From Trichoplax adhaerens (lineage: Eukaryota > Animalia > Placozoa), in contig NW_002060963.1 of assembly GCF_000150275.1 (NCBI RefSeq), forward strand, positions 81,669 to 145,668: a stretch of DNA of 64,000 bases. Reading direction: 5' to 3'. Each line of letters starts with the position of its first letter. Within the stretch, counting starts at the first letter, position 1. A program made the position numbers and the translations under genes. This document shows, in pieces, positions 53,411 through 64,000 of this stretch. The notes under the pieces are model-generated. The model did no database searches, was not told where the DNA came from, and saw only the letters and a program-made list of their open reading frames with translations.

Positions 53411-56400
53411 TTACTGCTTCTTAACATTTGGCTCCAAAACGAGAAGAAGTTGTGCAATTTGAGTTTCAGGTAATAGTTTTTTCGTCTGAAAATCGGCCAT
53501 TGCAGTTTTGACTTTGTGTAACTAATTCGAAAGAGTTTTCAAGTTTAGTCCAATTTATTCGCATTAAAAAGTATACGTAAAAGTATCTAAATTTTAGAAC
53601 TATAATTGATCCTAGTATATTTTTTGAAGTTTGTGTATGTGGCCTGGTATAGTATTAATTACTGTTTATAAAATTTAATATGCCTTAATCTCCTAAATAA
53701 TAGTTACTGGCATAAGTAATACTGCTATTTTTTTCTGCGAGTGCTATTATTTTACAAACTAAAGAATTTTATTACATATAAATAGATTATAGAGTAGCAA
53801 TATTTATTATAGAACAACTTTTCAAAAGTAAGTAGGCCGTCTATTTGAATTAGCTATTGCAGAACCTGTAAGCTGGGAAATGTTGCAGGTAAATTGAAAA
53901 TAGAAATGGATAACTTCTTATGTATCCAATATACATTGTACTTACTAGAGCTACTACCTCTATCCAATTCGATGTTGCAGGCGATGTAAGATTTTGCTTA
54001 GGGTTGCTCGTTGGATCCATTTTCGATTGACAGAAAGAAATAAAGCATTGGCATAATTGACTTATATCCATGATATCGTCTAATTTGGGATTGATCTTAT
54101 GTGTTATGTCAGCATTCTCGCTGTTCGTATTTTGCAGTATTTGAGAACAGGAAAAATTACCCAACAATACTCTAATCTTTTCAATCTGCTAAAGTTTTAA
54201 ATTTAAAGAATGACCTTGATCAGATAAATTACTTAGCAAATGAGCTATATTTAAGAATAATATAGTAGTGCTAGTTTCAAGGATACCGCATGCAAATTGT
54301 AATAGTATATGAGCACGCTTTGTGTAGAACTAAAGCAAGTAGCATTTAATGCAATAGAACAGTCTGGTATCAATATTAAAATGTATATGTAACCTGACAC
54401 ACTAAGCAGTTAGCTTTGATCATATTTCAATGGCTATGATTGAACCAGATAGTAAATTACCTTATTGCTGCTGACAATAAAGATAGAATCAGTTTTAATA
54501 CAGCCATGAATAATATCACGGGCATGGAATGACTGCACAGCAAGGGTAACATCGCGTAGAATGTGGAAAAAAGATTGAGGAGTTAGGTAGCAAGGCTGGT
54601 AAGCTATCAGATCGCTAAGTAGTTCTGTATCCTGATTGTTTAAGGCATAGCAGGTAATTCTAGTAAATTGCAATTAAATAAAATAATCTTTTAGATGAAT
54701 TTCTAGCTTAATCTAAATAAAACTTCAATCTTTATAGCATATCTAATACTCACAGTTTATTGCTAAGCGAAAATGACGGTTTTTCGTGAGAGCTTTTACT
54801 TTCACTTTCATCCCGAAACCATAAACATTCTACAATATTTTGAAATTTGTAATTACTTGATTTTACTTTAAGAAAAAATGCTTTTTCTCTTTCCCAACAG
54901 GATCGATCCTCGAGGCTATAGATTTTAAGTAATCCAGAGGTGGATAGATTTTCTGGACTTAATTCGTTGACTTTCATATGAATCTATAAAGTAAATACGC
55001 ATACGAATGTGTACCAGTATGCAAACAGATATGAAGCTTAATAATGAAATAGTAGACACAATTTCAAAAAATTTAAAATTGAATGTTAAGTATCGTATGT
55101 TAATGATCTATTGTTGATGTTTCAGGAATATTAGCTACTATTAATTAGTTGTAGGATAGTCATTTATAATTGCATGGGAGAAAATTACTAGCAGTATCGG
55201 AATGATTATCTGGTTACGTGATTGATGTACAGCAAATCATGTGATTAACTAAGCCGATTATTATGGATTTGTTCCATTTATTAGGGCAGAATTTAATCCC
55301 AAGTTGTTAGAATGAGCGATTCTATATACTGCGATTGAAATTTACCGATTCGATATTGCTAGTGTAGAATACCAGATGAAGATCGAGTAATTTATGACGA
55401 TTAACGTGCTCTAGGAGCTTAATCACTTCCTGTAATTGAAGCTGGTAACATAAAGTAACATTATCTGCTTTATATAATTATATATGTTGAGGTAAAGTAT
55501 ATACAGAATGGAGCAGCTTTAGTTATATCAGCTTAAATATAGAATTTTCAAAGTAAGGAGGTTAAGCCAGATTGTAATTGAAATAGGATTATATGCCATC
55601 AGCATAGGTTTTACGTAGAATTACTGCAGCTTAATTTGCCTTACAGTGATGATTTGAAGAGTATAAATAGGATAGTAAAATATAACGTAGCGTACGATAT
55701 ATGATTTTTTATATTATGAAAAGAATTGATTTGGTTACCTTTGGGTTCGTGTTCTGTTTAGCTGCAGCTGCTAGTGCTTTATTTCTGTTAGGTTCCAATT
55801 CTGTTTAAAATAAGAAATAATAGTTTGCTCGTAGTTAAGACACATAAGAGCATCAAATTTTCGAGTTCTTTACGTCTATCTCCCTAAGATAAGGTGATAT
55901 TATTATAATAGATTACTTAATTTATGATACAGTATAGATTTTATGTATCAATATTACTGTATACTAGAGAAGTAAACAAGACCTTGGTATAACATGATCA
56001 ATATTAATATTATGCAGTATCATACGTATTATCATACTCTGAACTTATTTTGTGGTAGATTAAAATATAATAATTATATAATATTTAGGTGGTAAGTTTA
56101 TAAAGACTTTACTAGATAAAGGAACCGTCATAAACTAAATTAATTATTGGTGACAGCATTGAATTAAGATCTTTAAATTTTGATCTGCAATAATTGCCGT
56201 ATTTCAGGTTACGATTTAAGTTCGATTATAATTGCAGTCAATAGCTGTTTAAAATATTTGGATAAGGCTTTACTCTTTTATCAGATAATGCTTGTTAGCC
56301 TATTTTTATATTTGTAAATTTTGACGGATGTGTAAGGTTATAACTATAAATACATGAACATGTGAAATAGTCAACAGGTGAAACACATCTCTAGATTCAC

Positions 56401-59400
56401 ATTTATAATACGTTATTACTGATTATGTACTTTGATTACTAGTTATTTATGTGTATTTAGTATTTATAGTAGCTATTTATTTTACAGCCGTTCAGTATTC
56501 AATTGTAGAATTATTTCTCTGCATTTATACAGCAAAAAATTTAGTTTAGTGCGCGAACTTTAGAAAGCTTATTCGAAAAATCTTTTTAGATTGCCTTGCT
56601 ACAAACTACAAGTTTTTCAATTGATAGCAAGTAGTAACAAGTGATATATCATACCAAGAATTACTTTTATTAATTCTTGATTATATATACTTTAAAAGCG
56701 ATTGCTTATGTTATTGTCAATAGATTTAATTCAGTTGCGGGTACTTACCTCCACTACATGCGTCAGAATTAGCATTAGCTTCATAGGAGCAAAGTATACA
56801 ACAAGAGCAGCAGGATCGTATTTTTGTTATTATCAGCATAGCGTTATTAACAAAAGTTGTTGTATAAATTGTGTAAATAATAGGATTGATACATGAATTA
56901 AGAGGTAGAGATAAAACTGCAATAAACGGCAATACATGGGTATCAAGTTCTTGTTCAATTGTCGCTTGAATTAATACAACATATAATGGCATCCAACAGA
57001 TTAAGTCGGTGATAACAATAGTGATCATTTTAGCTCGGACGATTTTTTCGAATTTGGAAATTTCTCGTTTAGCTTGTTTCCGTGATTTTGTCAAATAAAC
57101 CAAGATTATTATATACATAATTGCGATAAAGATCCAAGTTAGTAGAGTAGTACCACAGTAAGTTAGAAGCCAGCTTAGGTAATAAATATTATCTGTATTT
57201 CCAGGTAAGCAAGCGCTGTTCGTACCATACAATCTATAAGATGCAGGCTGATTATAGCTATAAACAAGTGGCAAAGCGGTAAACGTAGCTGATACGGTCC
57301 ATAACACGATTAAAACGAGAGTAATTAGCTTATAAGAAAGGCGATAGTTCTCAAAAGGATAGACTAGAAATAGATATCGATCCAAAGTGATGAGGAAAAG
57401 GATAAATGTTGACATTAGGCTAGAGATCGCTACTAAAAATGAAGCCATAACGCATATAACACTATGTAACCATGTCTCGAGATATTGAGCATAAATACCA
57501 AAATAGTAAATATCAGTTACGGCAATCGTGATTAAGTAAATTCCCATAATGAGATCAGCAAAGGACAGATTTATTAACAATGTTTGAACCACCATATTAT
57601 TCTTTACAAAGCTTTTAACATGCCATACAATGGAAATAATGTTGCCTACTATAGATAAACTACCAATAATCCAGACGAAGATACGTAATACGTCATGAGA
57701 TAGGATATTAGAGCAGGTTGATATGCTAAATTGATCTGGTAAAGGCTCGCAAAGAGTTGTAGTTGGCGGCGCGTCACAGCATAAGTATTCTCGTGTTGAA
57801 TATCTATATGAATTTTGTGTCGTGTAGAGTAAATACCATGATGTGATAAAGTGCTTCAAAATGTTATAATAAGAACTAAGATTTATCGTGCAACATTATT
57901 AGATAACATAAATTGGATTCGTCCAACACGACTTGGAACTAACTACTGCACTTTCAATCAAGATATCTATGATTTACATATGCAATTTTTTACTGGTATT
58001 TTTTAGCAAGTTAATTATATCTTGTGAATTAAGTCGCAAGATCTAAACTGAATTTACTATTGCAAGGTCGATCAATGGCTATCACTTTTAATTAAAGCAA
58101 CACATCGAATTCTTTATAATACTAAATTACTTTGCACAATCCAATAATATCTCAAAATCTTAATATAATAGTTACTATAAAATGTCTACAATATATATTG
58201 TTAATATCTTTTAGAAATAGATACTTGTATAAACATGCAATCAAACGTACAACTTGCACTATTCTCTTCCAATCTCATGAATAATATTTAGGACTTAATT
58301 AATCTATTATCGGTAAATCAATCTTAATCTAATTTTGGGACTGTACTACATGTGAGTTGTCGAGTAACTTACTCGTTCTGGTAGTATTTGACAATAATAT
58401 AGAATTTGATCATATCCTGAATTAATATTTACTATATTTCATTAAGAGTATGGTTTCAGAACTGACTGGCAATTTAATGGATTTAACTTTAAGATTATGA
58501 CAAAAGAAAAATAGTACGTTAAATTTTCAAACCTTTTCATATCAACTTACAAGTCACGAATGTTGTAAAGAGTAATAAACGCTTCTCTACTAAATTCTTG
58601 TATAGGATTATTTCGTAAAATTCTATCAAAAGTTAAACGAGCGATAGTTGCTAATATTTAATTTTTACTAAATCGTCTGTATTAATATCGTTGTTATAGT
58701 AGATTAAAAGAAATGAACAATAGTAAGAATATCATTACCGTACGTATTTATGGTTATTGATCGACTTACAGTGTTTTAAGATTTGATAATTTCGAAAAAC
58801 ATCGGTCTTTTAATGTACTTATTTTGTTATCACTTATATCGCTAAAATATATACAAATGAAATCTTGCCGATTAATAAATAAATTCTAAGAACATAATTA
58901 TGCGATTGAGTATCATATTAAATGTTGCAAATTCTAAGATTTACTACATCAGCTTTGCCATCCATTACTACTTTTAAATCGTTAACAAGCTTGGATCAGA
59001 AATAAGAAAGATATCTTATAAAAATTTAAAGCTTGTAATTTTGAATAAGATAATTAGTTTAGCAAGTTCAGTAGCAGGATAGACTTTAAATTATGATCAT
59101 TTAATCGATGCATGTATTTTAAAAGATTGCATAGATCTCGGTTTCCATAAGATTGAAGACTTAGTTTATTCCTCTTTTGTATTATTGTGCATTTATATGC
59201 GTATATTAGATTGTTCCGCATTAGTATATTGTGAAAGCTTGACTACTTTGCAGTTACTGTATGCATTTTTATACATACACTTTATTAGTAAAGCGTGAAA
59301 TGAAGATAAAAAATTTACTAAATATCTTTAAATATTAATCGTAATTTCGATTTTTTTAGTCAGTAAACCTATATACATTATAGTACGCTATCGGAAGTCA

Positions 59401-62400
59401 ATATGTGAGAGGGTAATTCTGTCTTTAAAACTTGAAATTTTACATTGCTATATTTTAGGTGCAATCAAACAATTAAATAATTTAAGACAATTCTTAGGCC
59501 ACGAAATTAATTTACGAATTTTATCACTTACAGTGAAAAAAGATTTGCGACTTTATCTGAAAGCGATGATGAAGGACAAACATCCGTGATATTATTACTA
59601 TTTAGATACCTTTTGTAGAATCAGTTATACCACTGTTATTTACTATTAATAATAATCTTATTTAAGCTATAAGCTACGAATAGAATAATATTCTTGTAAA
59701 CAATAGCAAATAATTTGAACAGTACTTACAAATCCGTCAGTTGATGTAATTTTATTAGTGAGATGAATGCATCATTTCCCAATTGATTTCTTTGTAAGCT
59801 ACTAAAATATTAGAATGATTTATCATGTTATGATTATTTGTTAGGATATGACTGTTTACTGAATTTAATATAAATTAATATTATCAGGACTCTCATTAGC
59901 ATAGCATGATGTGCGAGTTCAGGTACTTTAAATAAAATATAATAATTGAACTACTGAAATTGCTTAACATCGTGTCGCGGTGTTTTCTGAACGCAATTAA
60001 GATAGTAAAGTTTAGGGGCTTTACTTTAATTTTGATCAAAAGATAGCTTCTAGTCTAGACATAGCACGCCCGAATATAATCAGACTTGTTCCGATATTAT
60101 AATTGTAATAAGTGAAAGTGCTTAGTATTTATGAGAATGGCTGACTATACTACCAAGACCACTTTCGTCCAATTTGATTGATTAGTCTTGCTGAATTTGA
60201 TTGGTTAGTTTTGTTTACTACTAACAAGATCAAACGAGATCATTTTCGTCTAATTTCATTGATTAGTCTTGCTATCCTAAATTAGCATATCTCTTCAATC
60301 GGGCTTTAGCCGAATGGACATTGATATTATGCATAATAGTCGTCTATTATGCATACTGATCGAGATCGAGTTTTAGCCGGAACAAATACATGAACTCAAT
60401 GTATCATATAATAAGGTTAGGGTTCCAACGTTTCAGTATCTAAATATAGCATAAAAATGACCACGGATCTCTGCAGAGTCTATAAGATTAGGGGTAAGTG
60501 CTATCGCAAGTTTCTTAAACAGATTAAGGTCCTTGATACCTAATTCAGAAAGACATTTTAAATTTGAACTTTATCGGCTATCTCAGCATTGATTTCTGAT
60601 ATGTTAGCTATCTAGTTCATCATTGATCATAACGGCAATTCCGTTTAAAAGCTCAATTAATATCTGTTAAAATTAATATCAATGGTCAACAATTTATCTT
60701 TGCATAAGGGTGTAGATTTATGGATTCTTATAAAAAAACAATAGTAATACACAAGGATTAATGCTTCTAGGACGAGAATCTTACAAGAATTTAATATATT
60801 GTAGGAAAGTTATTGCAGTTGGGCTAATCGTTTGGATTTTATGATCATTCAAAATCCTATATTTAAATAGAGTTATTACCGATTTTAAATATAATGTATA
60901 CTGTAATTGTAAGCAATAGCATTGAAAGTTATACTGAAAGTTATACCGAAGATATGCGATAAATTGCTTAGCATAATTTACTGACAAATTTCTGGTTTTA
61001 GTTGATGTTCTGTACAGCTCTTTAGGTATAGATTTTAGGCCAAGGCCACTTATTGTCCTTGTATGTATTCAATCGCAAAATGTTGAGAAAAATAAAATGG
61101 CATAAAAAATGTGATGCAGCTTAATAGGTTAGCTATTTTAAATTTTATAATCACTCACAGAAGTAAGTACTGTGGCTTCTTCGATAGAATATCACCGACT
61201 TGGTATGATTCCAAGTGACTGTAACTAATATCCCTACAAATATCGAAATCATGATTATAGCCTTTAATCAAGTATACATGGCAATCTAAAGTTAAGTGAA
61301 AGACCTCCAGTTGTAATGCATCTATAGCTAACGTCTTGTAAAATAGACAGTCATAAGTTGCATCTTTACGTGAATTTTTAACTCGAAAATGTAAATTATA
61401 ATCTTATGATACCCATTGCCGTAAATTAATGACAAAAACGAATCTTAAAAGCTCTGAGGTCAAACGAATGAACTGAGTAGATTTACATTCGTTAACATTG
61501 ATAGTAATAATTAATAAGTTTATGAAAATTTTCATTGCGACTATAGTGAAGCTGTTAGACAAGCTATAGTTGTCAACATGTTATGTAGAAAGTGAATTAG
61601 ACATAACTTAAAAATAATACCAAAATCTATGGTTGTTAACGATAATATATATATATAAGCAGTGTTTGTGATAATTCAAGTATGTTGATTTCAGCTTCGT
61701 AGAATGTGATACTAATTGTAGTGTTTACTTCTAAATACGGTATAGTCTATTTTTAGTAAAGGTATTAGTTTTCACTAGGCAGTAGTATAATTCTAAGACT
61801 GTAAGATAATTCTAAATATGTATGATATACATTTAACAAATTACTCAGTAGAGATATCTTATACTCTAGCTAACTTATGTCGTAGCACTAGCTTAACATA
61901 GAAGTAACCTATTTTTATGAATCATTCGCGACCATAAATAATTTCCTCCTGCTGTGCTTCTAACATTATAAAAGCTATCTTCTTTCGTCTATCTCGTTCG
62001 TTAGTTCTGGTAGTTACACGGTAAGCTTGCAGGCTTTACCTATTCTACACTACTACAGTAATTCGACTAGTCACGTCGTTACTCTCACGATAATCTTACA
62101 CGATTATTCTCTTACACTAGCTCAATAAAGGTTACTTTTCTGTAAACTATTCTATTGTAATTTATTGCGACTAATGCTGAAATCTCAACCTTCCGAAACA
62201 TCGCACTAATCAAATAATTTTATTTTCATACTAAGTTCTGTAAATGTTAAATTATGTTTTTCGCAATTATCATATTGTAAATATGTTAGATAAAATATTT
62301 AAGCAGCTACGCTTTTCTGTAATTGTTATTCTTAGTCCTTCTTTTCTAAGATCAGCTGTTATAGAAAGTTTTCCGTGTCTATCAGAGCTTGTTATACTAT

Positions 62401-62880
62401 TATGTACGTAGTATCTCAATCGATAGAGAACCAGTAATAAAACCTGCTATTCTAGAATTACTTGTGTGAACTACACTTTAATTGCAGTTAGTAGAACAGG
62501 TTATGTTACAACGACATAGTTTAGTAACAGTTTACTATTAAATTAAGTGTCAGCTTAATATACTTACATGATATTCCTTGGTGATTAAACTATGTCGTTG
62601 TAACAAAACCTGTTGTCTATTAATTCTCCTCATTAAATCTGTTATTTAAGTTTTCACTTACAGTATCCTAATAAGGTTACATCTTTCTAAAAATGTTGGT
62701 TCAATCGTTGATAAGTTATTACCGGCCAAATTTCTAGGTAATGATAAAAAATACAACCACATCTTCATGTGACTTACAATACTTTCAATTATTGATAATT
62801 ACAAATTTTTAATGCGGGTAATTCTAGGCAACAGATCTTGGTTGAGAGTTGAGCCATTAAAACGGCAAAATGATAAATCT
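53411..62880 (-). CDS. LRR-ectodomain GPCR (LGR/RXFP/GRL101-like) with a putative C-terminal pseudokinase domain; 5' end incomplete
   Basis: Phase-2 LRR exons of 72-78 nt at 62880-62803, 62733-62662, 61233-61159, 61057-60986, 60856-60785, 59801-59730, 59609-59532, 58841-58770, 58622-58551. Hinge+7TM exon 57803-56749 (LCC..C.P.PDQFSISTCSNIL, NLSFAD, LDRY, CWMP, NPIIY). Tail exons 55800-55739, 54983-54754, 54659-54461, 54185-53946, 53521-53411. Confidence 0.85.
62495..62614. repeat. Intronic inverted repeat (34 bp arms, 52 bp spacer), possible MITE remnant
   Basis: 62495-62528 AACAGGTTATGTTACAACGACATAGTTTAGTAAC matches the reverse complement of 62581-62614 at 31/34 positions. Confidence 0.8.
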
Positions 62881-64000
62881 CTGGAATTGAAACAATATAG
62901 AGTGGATTAACGAAAAATAAGATGTTAATGATAATGATATTTTTATCGCCAGTAAGATAAAGTTAATAGTAACTTAGGCTATATTAAAGAAATATTAAAA
63001 TACGGCCATTATGACGAATTTCAGACCTGTAGCTATCGAATCATTGTAATTATTAAATCGGATCTGGCAATCTTAAAAATTAGCTCATGAGAATCGCTCA
63101 GTCGATTATTTTGGGGATTTCTAACCCTAACCCTAGTCCTAGCCCTGCAATAAACGCATAGCCCTGTATAAAAAATGTATCGCTGTATCTCCTAGGAAGT
63201 GGAAATGATTTATTTCTTCTTTCATTATAGGGGGTAGATTTCGATTTGCACATAAAATTTACATAGCTTAGAGAAAATATATTAATTTCCTATAAATTTG
63301 AGGTGATAATCATCAAACAATGTTGATGCGAAAGAATATATGTCATGCTATTAGTTTTCTAACTGAAAAATTGTGATCTTCATCTGACGCACACCCACTC
63401 TTCTACCGAACATGCGATAGCATCCTACCTATAGTATATAGAAACTAGCACTAATCTGATGATTTATGTTAGTCATTATATATCTATATTTATGAACACT
63501 GTTTTTTTTATTAGGAAGTGACATAAAAGATCAGCCTGTAAATCATTGTAAGAATTAAAAGCTATAATTCTAAATAGGACTCGTGAACTATTGTAGAAGC
63601 ATATTTAAATCGCACTTTGTTATACAATAAGGAAAGTTCTAGAGAGTCTTTGTATAACATAGACTATAAAGTCTTATCTATTAGAGTAGTAATCCTAATG
63701 ATAGGACAGATATTATCCCCGATATGTGGTTCAGGGAGTTAGCTATTAACGTAAGTGGCATTAACATATTTAATCCTTTACCAATACTTAATTTAGTTAA
63801 GTTAATATCTCGCTTGTTGCGCAAATATGGGTGCTTGTATAATATCATACAAGTCAAGCATAAAGGATTACTATTTCGGATTAATTTCCAGGCATAGGGC
63901 ACTGTACAGTAGCCTATTATTTTAAATCTAAAATTTAATACCGTACCATAACCTAAAAGCTTAATCCTAAGCAGGTATTAGGAGTTACTCCAAATGATAT

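Noticed and set aside
59050-59110. Extra LRR-like exon (RLNDHNLKSILL)
   Set aside because: In-frame stop and no proper splice sites; chance similarity or a decayed exon.
63681-63902. 73-aa minus ORF as the first exon of the LRR-GPCR
   Set aside because: No signal peptide or LRR/LDLa pattern, and no phase-compatible link could be established.

Overview
AT-rich, intron-rich eukaryotic (animal) genomic DNA. The composition, short GT-AG introns and single-exon GPCR duplicates suggest a placozoan such as Trichoplax; this is an inference, not a database match. Exons were spliced by hand. Genes in order: kinesin light chain (-, 3' end not found, probably off-window), RRP36 (+), MRPL11 (-), a SLIRP-like RRM protein (+), SNW1/SKIP (-), tau-tubulin kinase (-), FAM161 (-), two tandem single-exon rhodopsin-class GPCRs (-), glia maturation factor (+), and an LRR-ectodomain GPCR of the LGR/RXFP/GRL101 type (-, 5' end incomplete). 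Main finding: the 7TM exon of the LRR-GPCR splices in frame, through five further exons, into a degenerate TKL/TGF-beta-receptor-like pseudokinase domain, giving a candidate LRR-GPCR-pseudokinase fusion receptor. Other findings: several unrelated 150-330 bp tandem arrays sit next to gene starts; one of them encodes a repeated signal-peptide micro-ORF with only synonymous changes in its first 35 codons; GTAC/ACAGTA-dense patches mark promoters; and the gene set appears to keep ancient synteny with human loci.
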